Part shown: positions 51,247-59,826 of the stretch, piece by piece
Layout of the letters: each line of letters opens with the position of its first letter
Numbering within the stretch: the first letter of the stretch is position 1
Virus record (IMG/VR): IMGVR_UViG_3300002835_000001
Coordinates: 192,001 to 256,000 of that record
Direction: 5' to 3' (one strand)
Length of the DNA stretch: 64,000 nucleotides
Source: a virus
Lineage: Duplodnaviria > Caudoviricetes
Made by a program: the position numbers and the translations under genes
The notes under the pieces: generated by a model
Databases searched by the model: none
What the model was told of the DNA's origin: nothing
Seen by the model: the letters and a program-made list of their open reading frames with translations, nothing else

Positions 51247-53265
51247 ATGGCAGTAGATTTTTTTGAAGACGGACCAACGACAAACCCTAAAAGGGGACGT
51301 AAAGGTTCAACCACCCCAATCTTAGATAATTTTTCTCGCGATTTAATTAAACTCGCGGAAGAAGGAAAGATTGACCCTGTAGTGGGAAGGGATAAAGAAG
51401 TGAGAAGAATCGCACAAATTCTTTCTCGTAAAAAGAAAAATAATGCAGTTGTTGTTGGAGAGGCTGGTGTTGGTAAATCAGCATTAGTTGAAAAACTCGC
51501 ATTAATGATTGTAAAAGGAGATTGTCCCACAAATCTACTTGACAAAAGAATTGTCTCTTTAGATTTAACCTCTTTAGTTGCGGGAACAAAATATCGAGGA
51601 CAATTTGAAGAGAGGATTAAAGCAATCTTAAATGAATTACAAGAGGCACACAATGTTATTGTATTCATCGATGAGTTACACACAATGGTAGGTGCAGGAA
51701 ATGCCAGTGGAGCAATGGATGCGGCTAATATTATGAAACCCGCATTAGCTAGAGGAGAGATTCAATGTATCGGTGCAACCACATTCGATGAATTTAAGAA
51801 ACACATTGAAAAAGATTCTGCTTTAGTTAGAAGATTTCAAAAAGTAATTTTAAAAGAACCAACTCAATCGGAAACCATTGAAATTTTAAATAACCTCAAA
51901 ACTTCATATGAAGATTTCCATAAAGTACAATATGAGGATGGTGTGATTGACACGATTGTTAAATTATCGGGTCGTTATATTACTGATAGACAATTTCCCG
52001 ATAAGGCTATTGATGTTATTGACGAGTTAGGATCTGAAAAAAGGATTTCATTACGTGCTCCCGATACAATTGAAAAATTAAAAGGTCAAGCTGATGAGAT
52101 TAAAGAAAAAAAGATTCTTGTTGTTAAAAATCAGAATTACGAACAAGCGGCAAAACTTAGAGATGAAGAAAGAAAAATTTTAGATAAACTTGAGGTTGAG
52201 AAGTCCAAGTGGATGGAAAAACAAAAGGATAATAAAATTCCTGTTTCTATTGATGATGTTTATACTATTGTATCTGAAATGACGGGTGTACCAATCACTA
52301 AATTAGATTCTAACGAAACTAAAAAGTTATTAAAGATGGAAACCCTATTATCAGAAAAGGTTATTGGTCAAGATGAAGCAATATTAAGCATCTCAAAAGC
52401 AATTAGACGTAATCGTGTGGGAATTAAAGATGCCAACAAACCAATCGGTTCATTTATTTTCTTAGGTTCCACAGGTGTCGGTAAAACACATTTAGCTAAG
52501 TCCCTTGCGAATTTATTATTTGGTGATCCCGATAAAATCATTCGTGTTGATATGAGTGAATTTATGGATAGACACAATGTATCCAAATTAATCGGTTCTC
52601 CTCCGGGTTATGTTGGTTATGATGAAGGAGGTCAATTAACTGAAAAGGTTAAGAATAATCCTTTCTCCGTTATCTTATTTGATGAAATTGAAAAGGCACA
52701 TAAAGATATCTTCAATTTATTATTACAAATTTTAGATGAAGGTCATTTAACCGATTCATTTGGTAGAAAAGTTAATTTTACTAATTGTTTGATTATCATG
52801 ACATCTAATATCGGTGCTAAAAAAGTATCTGAGTTTGGTGGTGGTGTTGGTTTCAGTACTTCATCAAGTGAAACACAAAAATATGAAGTGAAGAAAACTA
52901 TGATTCAAAAATCATTGAAGCAACAATTTAATCCCGAATTTTTAAATCGTATTGATGATATTGTCTTGTTTAACTCGTTAAATGAAGAATCACTAAAGAA
53001 AATTATTGATATTGAAATTGGTAAGTTAAATTCCCGTTTAGTAGATAAAAATTACATTGTTACGTTTGATAAAACTGTTATCGATAAAATTTTTGAATTA
53101 AACACTCAAGAAGAATACGGAGCGAGACCTTTGAAACGTATCATTCAAAATTTATGTGAAGATTTCTTAAGTGAGGAAATCTTAAAGGGTAATATTATTG
53201 AGAATTTACCGATTATTTTAAAATATAAAAACGAAAAATTAACAATTGTGAAAAAAATGTTATAA
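51247..53265 (+). CDS. clpC: ClpC-like double AAA+ unfoldase lacking the Clp-N domain
   Basis: GEAGVGKS/FIDELH, UVR-like YEQAAKLRDEE, GSTGVGKT/LFDEIEK, VGF loop, GARPL. Confidence 0.92.
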   Translation: MAVDFFEDGPTTNPKRGRKGSTTPILDNFSRDLIKLAEEGKIDPVVGRDKEVRRIAQILSRKKKNNAVVVGEAGVGKSALVEKLALMIVKGDCPTNLLDKRIVSLDLTSLVAGTKYRGQFEERIKAILNELQEAHNVIVFIDELHTMVGAGNASGAMDAANIMKPALARGEIQCIGATTFDEFKKHIEKDSALVRRFQKVILKEPTQSETIEILNNLKTSYEDFHKVQYEDGVIDTIVKLSGRYITDRQFPDKAIDVIDELGSEKRISLRAPDTIEKLKGQADEIKEKKILVVKNQNYEQAAKLRDEERKILDKLEVEKSKWMEKQKDNKIPVSIDDVYTIVSEMTGVPITKLDSNETKKLLKMETLLSEKVIGQDEAILSISKAIRRNRVGIKDANKPIGSFIFLGSTGVGKTHLAKSLANLLFGDPDKIIRVDMSEFMDRHNVSKLIGSPPGYVGYDEGGQLTEKVKNNPFSVILFDEIEKAHKDIFNLLLQILDEGHLTDSFGRKVNFTNCLIIMTSNIGAKKVSEFGGGVGFSTSSSETQKYEVKKTMIQKSLKQQFNPEFLNRIDDIVLFNSLNEESLKKIIDIEIGKLNSRLVDKNYIVTFDKTVIDKIFELNTQEEYGARPLKRIIQNLCEDFLSEEILKGNIIENLPIILKYKNEKLTIVKKML

Positions 53266-53304
53266 ATACTTTACTTTTACTCAAAGTTATATATATTTAT
53301 ATCA

Positions 53305-53349
53305 ATGAAGGTTCTCTTTGTCGATTACCTTTTCGTTTTTTATAAGTAA
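53305..53349 (+). CDS. Candidate 14-aa hydrophobic mini-ORF MKVLFVDYLFVFYK (or 5' part of a small RNA)
   Basis: TATTTATA exactly 3 nt upstream as for TMP, portal and terminase; followed by a hairpin and terminator. Confidence 0.4.
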   Translation: MKVLFVDYLFVFYK

Positions 53350-53376
53350 GTGGGGTTGAACCCACCGAAAGACCTT

Positions 53377-53406
53377 AAACCCCAACAACTCGTTGGGGTT
53401 TTTTTT
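53377..53406 (+). terminator. Intrinsic terminator
   Basis: AAACCCCAAC-AACTC-GTTGGGGTTTTTTTT. Confidence 0.85.
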
Positions 53407-53450
53407 ATTAAATTTTGCGTTACCAAATGTTTTTCGTATATTTACATTAT

Positions 53451-53630
53451 ATGAAAAAAGTAACATTTATTTTAGCTCTTGGTGTTGTATTAACACTATC
53501 AGCATGTGGTTCAGGGTCAACCTCAAAAGAAACAACTGACTCAACGGCAACTCAAGTAGATTCTACTTCAATTACCGCAACAGATTCAACAACTGCACAA
53601 ATTCCAGCAGACAGTTCAGCTGTAAAATAA
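53451..53630 (+). CDS. Small S/T/D-rich lipoprotein
   Basis: MKKVTFILALGVVLTLSA-C lipobox; DST repeats; own promoter-like element and terminator. Confidence 0.8.
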   Translation: MKKVTFILALGVVLTLSACGSGSTSKETTDSTATQVDSTSITATDSTTAQIPADSSAVK

Positions 53631-53636
53631 GAATTA

Positions 53637-53666
53637 GGGGTCGGATTAATCTTCGACCCCCATTTT
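53637..53666 (+). terminator. Intrinsic terminator after lipoprotein gene
   Basis: GGGGTCGGA...TTCGACCCC-ATTTTT. Confidence 0.65.
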
Positions 53667-53690
53667 TAATTTTTTTTAAATCTCTCTCCA

Positions 53691-54119
53691 ATGGATACAA
53701 ATACAGAAAAACAAGGTGATTTAATACTTCTTAGAGGTGTTCCGGGTTCGGGTAAAACAACATTCGCTAATGTTATATTACAACAACCAAATAACAACCC
53801 ACAAGAAATATTGTCTGCGGATGATTTTTTTGAGGGTGAAAATGGTGAATATAATTTTGACCCAACAAAATTAAAAGAAGCTCACAACTATTGTCAATTT
53901 AGGTGTTCCGAAAGAATGAGACAACAAAAGGTGAGAATTGTGGTTGCAAATACATTTACACAAGAATGGGAAATGGATGAATATTTTAAAATGGCCGAAA
54001 GGTACAATTATAGAGTTCATACAATAATTGTAGAGAATAGACATGGTAATGAAAATATTCACGGAGTTCCAAAAGATAAACTTCAACAAATGAAGAATAG
54101 GTTTGAAATTAAATTATAG
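53691..54119 (+). CDS. Polynucleotide-kinase-like P-loop protein (AAA_33 type)
   Basis: LRGVPGSGKTT, SADDFF, VVANTF, HGVP. Confidence 0.88.
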   Translation: MDTNTEKQGDLILLRGVPGSGKTTFANVILQQPNNNPQEILSADDFFEGENGEYNFDPTKLKEAHNYCQFRCSERMRQQKVRIVVANTFTQEWEMDEYFKMAERYNYRVHTIIVENRHGNENIHGVPKDKLQQMKNRFEIKL

Positions 54120-54186
54120 ATGAGTCAATTTATTGAATCTTTTACTAAGTCAATAAACCCACCACAAAAAACACCAATCAAAAATT

Positions 54187-55392
54187 GTGCTAACTACATT
54201 AGAAAAATATTACGAAAATGGTTTGTTACACAAACAAACCCACCCAAATCTTGACTTAACTATTTGGAATTATTCCCCAAAAGTTCAGTACGAAAGATTA
54301 TGGGATGAGATTACTTTGCAATGTCGTGGATTGGTAACCAACTCAAAAGGTGATATTGTTGCAAGACCATTTAAGAAATTTTTTAACTACGAGGAACATA
54401 AACCAGAAGATATCCCTAATGAAGATTATGTTGTCTATGAAAAAATGGATGGTTCGTTAGGTATTCTCTTTTATTACAAATATGAATTAAGTGAAGAGAG
54501 AAGATATAATATATGGTTTAATAACAATTATGAAACAGGTATGGAAAGGTTCTTTGACCCTAACAATTTACCTGATTACGATAATCCATATTATGACCCA
54601 ACACCAAAAACAAAAGGTGAATGGATATTAGCAACTCGAGGTTCGTTTACATCACCACAAGCAATTAAAGGAAAAGAAATACTTGACAGACACGATATTA
54701 GTGCGTGGAGAAAAGACAACACATATTTGTTTGAGATTATTTATCCTGAAAATAGAATTGTGGTTGATTATAAAGGAGAAGAAAAATTAGTTGTCCTTGG
54801 AGCTATTCATACTGAAACTGGTGAAGAAATACCCGATAGTAGTTTGTTTTGGACACAGGACTCGGGTTTTGAAGTTGTGATGACATATAAAACTTGGGGT
54901 GAAACATACGACTTATTAAAAGAAGAAATATCTAAAGATAAAGAAGGTTACGTAATAAAATTCAAGAATGGTTTCCGAATGAAAATAAAAGGAGATGAAT
55001 ATGTTAGACTTCACAAAATTCTAACTAACATATCTAATCGTGACATATGGGAATATCTAAAAGATAATAAACCATTTGATGAGTTACTTGAAAAGGTTCC
55101 AGATGAATTTAATGATTGGGTTAAAACCACAATCAGAGATTTAAAATACGCATGTTATCAATTAAGAGAACGAGCGGGTAAATTACATGATGGTTTTAGA
55201 TATGGGAAATTTGGTGACAGAGACCCTGAACCATCTAAAAAAGAATTTGCTGAATTTGTAAATAAACAACAAAAAGTTTTACATGCAATTATGTTCGCAA
55301 TGTGGAATGGAAATAATCAAAAAGTTGACGACATAATTTGGAAAATAGTTAAACCGGAATATTCAAAACCATTTAAGAAAGATGAAAACTGA
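54187..55392 (+). CDS. RNA ligase (T4 Rnl1-like), GTG start
   Basis: CRGLV, EKMDGSLG, ATRGSF, FEII, EGYV, RMKIK. Confidence 0.92.
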   Translation: MLTTLEKYYENGLLHKQTHPNLDLTIWNYSPKVQYERLWDEITLQCRGLVTNSKGDIVARPFKKFFNYEEHKPEDIPNEDYVVYEKMDGSLGILFYYKYELSEERRYNIWFNNNYETGMERFFDPNNLPDYDNPYYDPTPKTKGEWILATRGSFTSPQAIKGKEILDRHDISAWRKDNTYLFEIIYPENRIVVDYKGEEKLVVLGAIHTETGEEIPDSSLFWTQDSGFEVVMTYKTWGETYDLLKEEISKDKEGYVIKFKNGFRMKIKGDEYVRLHKILTNISNRDIWEYLKDNKPFDELLEKVPDEFNDWVKTTIRDLKYACYQLRERAGKLHDGFRYGKFGDRDPEPSKKEFAEFVNKQQKVLHAIMFAMWNGNNQKVDDIIWKIVKPEYSKPFKKDEN

Positions 55393-55867
55393 GAAAAAAA
55401 GATTATACTTAGACGATGTTAGAACACCAATTGGAACTGATTGGGTTATTGTAAGAAATTATGAACATTTTGTTTCTACCATTAGGCTATATGGATTAGA
55501 AAATTTTGATGTTATTTCGTTAGACCATGATTTAGGTGATGAGTCTATGGTTGAATACTATACAAATGTAAAAAATAATTATGTGTTAAATTATGACAAT
55601 ATAGTTGGTGAGAAAACGGGATATGATTGTTGTAAGTTTTTAGTGGCGGAAAGTATGAGTAAAAAAATACCTTTACCCCAAATTTATGTTCACTCCGCTA
55701 ATCCAATTGGTAGTGCTAATATGATGGGTTATATTAATAATTATTTAATGAATTGTAGTTTACCTCAAACCTGTATTAGAGTTAAAATTGAACACACAAT
55801 TGATACACCAATGGTACTCTCTCCCGAAGCTAGAAAAGCAAAATGGGATAGAAGTAACAAAAAATAA
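55382..55867 (+). CDS. Cyclic-phosphate-processing receiver-domain protein
   Basis: LYLDDVRTP, ISLDHDLG, TGYD, HSANP. Confidence 0.82.
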   Translation: MKTEKKRLYLDDVRTPIGTDWVIVRNYEHFVSTIRLYGLENFDVISLDHDLGDESMVEYYTNVKNNYVLNYDNIVGEKTGYDCCKFLVAESMSKKIPLPQIYVHSANPIGSANMMGYINNYLMNCSLPQTCIRVKIEHTIDTPMVLSPEARKAKWDRSNKK

Positions 55868-55918
55868 TTTTTTTATTCCGAATTATTATTTATCTTTATA
55901 ACCTTAAACAAAATAATC

Positions 55919-56269
55919 ATGTCATACACATCAAAAACAAAAACACCCTACAAAACAATGCACATTAAAGGTAAGTATACCGATTTTAATGACTTTTATG
56001 ACATTAATAAGCAATCGATATATGAAAACATTGTCGAGGTCTTTAAAGGGTTTAAAGAAACCAAAAAACGTGTTCTGTCCCTATATGTTCAGGCTATCAT
56101 TCAAGGTTTAGAATGGGACACAGAATTTAAGTTTAATAGAAACGAAACAATCGTATTATCTAGAGATGTTATTCCTTTTTTTGAGAGCATCGAAGATTAC
56201 GAAAAATGTGCTGAAATAAAAAATTTATACGAAGACTTGACTAATGAAAAAATATTAGTTACAATTTAA
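55919..56269 (+). CDS. Hypothetical protein with UVR-like C-terminal helix pair
   Basis: FFESIEDYEKCAEIK. Confidence 0.6.
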   Translation: MSYTSKTKTPYKTMHIKGKYTDFNDFYDINKQSIYENIVEVFKGFKETKKRVLSLYVQAIIQGLEWDTEFKFNRNETIVLSRDVIPFFESIEDYEKCAEIKNLYEDLTNEKILVTI

Positions 56270-56305
56270 ATGTATCAGGAGAGAGGTACATTTATTTTTG
56301 TCATG

Positions 56306-56338
56306 TCCCCGTTGGTTTTTATCAATGGGGATTTTTTT
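56306..56338 (+). terminator. Terminator between convergent operons
   Basis: TCCCCGTTG...CAATGGGGA-TTTTTTT. Confidence 0.7.
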
Positions 56339-57893
56339 ATAACATCATTCTTGACCCAATAAGAAAATTACTTAAGAATGGGGAACCTGGTTTGGTATTA
56401 CCTCCCAATTTATAATTGAAACTAAATCCAAAACGTTTAGTTATTTTATAATCAAATGATGACCCCAATAAAAATCCCATATGTCTATTAACTGTCGTTT
56501 CTCCGTTTGTACTATTCCAAGCTATTGGTGAAAACATAGTAAACACCTGCGGTGATACTGTAAGTTTTTTTGAATAAACATATGGCTTCGTCCAAAATGC
56601 GATTGCTGAAGATGCTACATTATAATCATATCCTTTTCCATTATTAAGGAATAAATTAATGATACCAACATTATAACCAAATGTTCCTTTTTTAGGTGTT
56701 GGCTTAATCCAAGTATAACCTAACAAATTCATATAGTTACCAGCAAGATAAGCAAATGCTGTTCCATATGAATGTATCGCATCTAAATTACCATCTTTTT
56801 TCATTGCCATTTTAGTGTAACCACCCGTTAATACTATTTGACTTAAATCACTATTCACCACCATACCTGAACTATAACTTTCATCACCCGCCATAGATGA
56901 TTTACTTACACCCATTGATATCGATACCAAATATCTATTATCGGGCATTTGAGATGTTGTTAAGTCAGAAGACATTAATAGTGGATTTGTTACCTCATCT
57001 TTCTTCTTCTTTTCTTCCTCTTTCTTCTTCTTTTCTTCTTCTTTCTTTTTCTCCTCCTCTTTTTTGGTTTCTTCTTTCTTTTCTTCCGATTTCTTTTCCT
57101 CGGTTTTAGACTCCTCTTTTTTCTCTTCAGTTTTAGTTTCTGTTTTCTTTTCTTCTGTTTTACTTTCAGTTTTAGTTTCAGTTTTAGTTTCTTCTGTTTT
57201 AGTCTCGGTTTTAGTCTCGGTTTTAGTTTCTGACGATGATGAACCACCACTACTTGAAGATGATGAACCGCTACTTGATGAAGAACTACTTGCTGGTGGA
57301 GGTGATGAAGAACTACTTGCCGGTGGTGGAGTACTTACTGGTGGGGGCGTTGAAGCACTACTTGCGGCAGATGATGCCGCACCACTTGCTGCACCACTTG
57401 CAGATGAACTTGCGGCTGACGATGCTGCAGAACTCGCAGCTGACGATGCTGCTCCACTTGCAGATGAACTTGCGGCTGACGCAGCACTAGCCGCCGCAGC
57501 ATCTGATGCAGCTTTAGCCGCCGCAGCCGCCGCAGCATCTGATGCAGCTTTAGCCGCCGCAGCCGCCGCAGCATCTGCCGCCGCCCTTGCCGCAGCATCA
57601 GCCGCAGCCCTTGCTGCCGCTTGTTGAGCTAAGAAAATTGCATCGTCTTGTGTTGAACATGGTGTTGCAAATATACTATTAACCCATGTTTGAAACGCAC
57701 CACTACTGATATCTGCTAATGTTACAATTTTAGATTTACCTCTAATAACAGCAACGGTTGAGTTTTGTCCGAATGGAATAATAACCACATATACCTTTTG
57801 ATCACACGGATCAATATATGTTTGTGTTATGGTTTGACCAAACGACTCACTACAAAAAAATAATATTAGGAGAGAGATAATATATTTTTTCAT
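56337..57893 (-). CDS. Exported protein: signal peptide, small Cys-pair domain, A/S/P-rich and K/E-rich stalk, C-terminal OM beta-barrel
   Basis: MKKYIISLLILFFCSESFG-Q; amphipathic beta strands; SFDYKITKRF. Confidence 0.7.
   Translation of the reverse strand: MKKYIISLLILFFCSESFGQTITQTYIDPCDQKVYVVIIPFGQNSTVAVIRGKSKIVTLADISSGAFQTWVNSIFATPCSTQDDAIFLAQQAAARAAADAAARAAADAAAAAAAKAASDAAAAAAAKAASDAAAASAASAASSSASGAASSAASSAASSAASSSASGAASGAASSAASSASTPPPVSTPPPASSSSSPPPASSSSSSSGSSSSSSGGSSSSETKTETKTETKTEETKTETKTESKTEEKKTETKTEEKKEESKTEEKKSEEKKEETKKEEEKKKEEEKKKKEEEKKKKDEVTNPLLMSSDLTTSQMPDNRYLVSISMGVSKSSMAGDESYSSGMVVNSDLSQIVLTGGYTKMAMKKDGNLDAIHSYGTAFAYLAGNYMNLLGYTWIKPTPKKGTFGYNVGIINLFLNNGKGYDYNVASSAIAFWTKPYVYSKKLTVSPQVFTMFSPIAWNSTNGETTVNRHMGFLLGSSFDYKITKRFGFSFNYKLGGNTKPGSPFLSNFLIGSRMML
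57161..57630. repeat. Low-complexity GC-rich coding repeats (12-bp ETKT units; 36-bp unit at 57490-57577)
   Basis: gttttagtctcg/gttttagtttca runs; gccgccgcagcatctgatgcagcttta at 57490 and 57526. Confidence 0.85.
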
Positions 57894-57894
57894 T

Positions 57895-58734
57895 TTAAAA
57901 ATTAATACCTAAACCAAAAGTACCATTACTAATAATTGGGTCGTAATCCATTTTTATTGTAAAATTTTTATAATCATGTAAAGCCCCTATTTTTATTGTT
58001 GTAAAACGATTTGAATATTTTGGGAATGTTATGTAACCATCATCATCTTTTCCACGATATCTTACAATCTCGTTAACGTTACCCACCATAAAATGAACTC
58101 CCGTTCTTTTAACTCTTTTCCCAAAACCAACATAAAATGAGTTTAATTTAACTAAATCATCAACAAGTGGAAAATCAACGAGGTCTAATCTTCCATGTGG
58201 ATAAAAAGTTGACCTATCATGTGTGAAATTATATTCTGTTATGAAATATCCTTTGTTACCAATTGTAAAGAATCCACCAATTTGTCTATCTGTTGTTTTT
58301 TGAATACCAAAACTTATGATAGGTTTTTTTCCTCTAATAGTATCTCTATTACCATTATCATAAACATAAATTCTTGCAGGTTGTCTGTAACCCCAATCGT
58401 TCCAATATGGCATTGGAGACCAATAATTCCACCCAAAATTAGGTGCTCCCCACATGTCCCATCTATTCCATCCCCAATTGTTCCACCCCTGTCCATAGTT
58501 ATTCCAATATGGGTCTCTGATTACTATATTTGAACCTCGTCTTGGTTGTGGTTGTGATTCTTGTGGTGGATTGTTTCTCCAACTACTCACATTGTTTTGT
58601 TGTGGTATGGATGGTTGAACTCTTGTTTGAGTTGATTGTGTCTGTGATTGTGTAGGTGGGTTACTTCTCCAAGTTGATATTTGACCAAATAGAAGTGTTG
58701 GTATGAATGTTAAAAATACTAATAGAGTCTTCAT
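57895..58734 (-). CDS. Exported protein with Q/P and W/G/N-rich region and small OM beta-barrel
   Basis: Signal peptide ending LLFG-Q; terminal beta-signal FGLGINF. Confidence 0.7.
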   Translation of the reverse strand: MKTLLVFLTFIPTLLFGQISTWRSNPPTQSQTQSTQTRVQPSIPQQNNVSSWRNNPPQESQPQPRRGSNIVIRDPYWNNYGQGWNNWGWNRWDMWGAPNFGWNYWSPMPYWNDWGYRQPARIYVYDNGNRDTIRGKKPIISFGIQKTTDRQIGGFFTIGNKGYFITEYNFTHDRSTFYPHGRLDLVDFPLVDDLVKLNSFYVGFGKRVKRTGVHFMVGNVNEIVRYRGKDDDGYITFPKYSNRFTTIKIGALHDYKNFTIKMDYDPIISNGTFGLGINF

Positions 58735-58756
58735 AAGTTTGTTTTTATATAAATAT

Positions 58757-58788
58757 AAAAAAAGGGGGTATTACACCCCCTTTTTTTT
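58757..58788. terminator. Bidirectional intrinsic terminator after CsgG-like gene
   Basis: AAAAAAAGGGGGT-ATTAC-ACCCCCTTTTTTTT. Confidence 0.85.
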
Positions 58789-58810
58789 ATCTTAACTCAT
58801 TAAAATATGT

Positions 58811-59533
58811 TTATTTTGTAAAAATTCCCTTTTTAATCATTCTATCAAGAATGTTAGCACAAGCAATATCTAAAGCTTTTTTGGTTGCAGTACTAATTGT
58901 TGATTGGTTGAATTTAATTGGGTCAATCGTTGCGTCAGACAAAAGAGTTAATTCTCTTTTTGTTGTTGCCTCACCTAAACCCGATCCACCAAATACAACA
59001 CCAGTTTCCGCGTTTGTAAATCTAACTTGAAGACCAATACGAGTTACCATATTATCTTGTACACCATTTTTAAGGTTCACAGTTTCATCTTCAGATACCG
59101 AGTAGTCATAACACTCAATGGTTACAAAATACTCAGCCAAATTGATTTTACCACGTCCGTCTAACTTATTCTCAGAAATTCCGGATTGAGATGCTTGAAA
59201 TTGTTTTACCATACGATTCTTAATTTCTGTCTTGTCTTCAGTAAATTTGAATCTGTTTAAGTTTTCAAGATATTCCATAGATATATTTGCAACACCCAAA
59301 CCAACACGTTTTTCTTTTAATTCAGGATACATCTCATACATCTCATCAGAAATGCCCGCCTTTAATATTTGAATTGGAATTTGAGGACCATCGTAGTCCA
59401 TGTAAGCACTTATATCTCTTTTCTTTTCGAAGTCCGCCTTATAGTCTTCCGTTTTAGTTTTACCTATTGTTTGTCCGTTAACGACAACAGCGCTTAGTAA
59501 AAAAACACTTAATAATGTTAATAATTTTTTCAT
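58811..59533 (-). CDS. CsgG-family protein with Sec signal peptide
   Basis: GLGVANI..E.L.N.NRF...E, AEYFVTI...DYS, IGLQVRF-NAETG-V. Confidence 0.72.
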   Translation of the reverse strand: MKKLLTLLSVFLLSAVVVNGQTIGKTKTEDYKADFEKKRDISAYMDYDGPQIPIQILKAGISDEMYEMYPELKEKRVGLGVANISMEYLENLNRFKFTEDKTEIKNRMVKQFQASQSGISENKLDGRGKINLAEYFVTIECYDYSVSEDETVNLKNGVQDNMVTRIGLQVRFTNAETGVVFGGSGLGEATTKRELTLLSDATIDPIKFNQSTISTATKKALDIACANILDRMIKKGIFTK

Positions 59534-59546
59534 ACATCTTATTTTA

Positions 59547-59807
59547 TTAACCTTCTAATTCTTCTTCTTTCTTTTTGTGAGAGAATTTATCCAAAGTATC
59601 GGCACCCATTCCAATTCCCGTTATTAACATCACTGCATTTACCAATTCAGGTGATGGAGCAAAATCCGCGTGAGAGAACGAATTTAATACCATTGTAACA
59701 CATAGGAACATTGCACCTACCATTGCTATTACCGGCTTAACCGATATTGATCCCCTTTCATCTTTGAAAAGTTCGATAACCCATTCTTTAAATTTCATTT
59801 TTGTCAA
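59547..59807 (-). CDS. Small two-TM membrane protein
   Basis: Two hydrophobic segments, charged termini. Confidence 0.7.
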   Translation of the reverse strand: MTKMKFKEWVIELFKDERGSISVKPVIAMVGAMFLCVTMVLNSFSHADFAPSPELVNAVMLITGIGMGADTLDKFSHKKKEEELEG

Positions 59808-59826
59808 TTTTTAATTTATATTTATT

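Noticed and set aside
54120-54254. 44-codon ORF starting right after the kinase stop and overlapping the ligase start out of frame
   Set aside because: The ligase begins cleanly at GTG 54187. No support for a frameshift or function, though a translational-coupling role cannot be excluded
57064-57627. 187-aa plus-strand A/S/L/D-rich ORF and nearby short ORFs
   Set aside because: Stop-free shadows produced by the low-complexity repeats of the minus-strand gene
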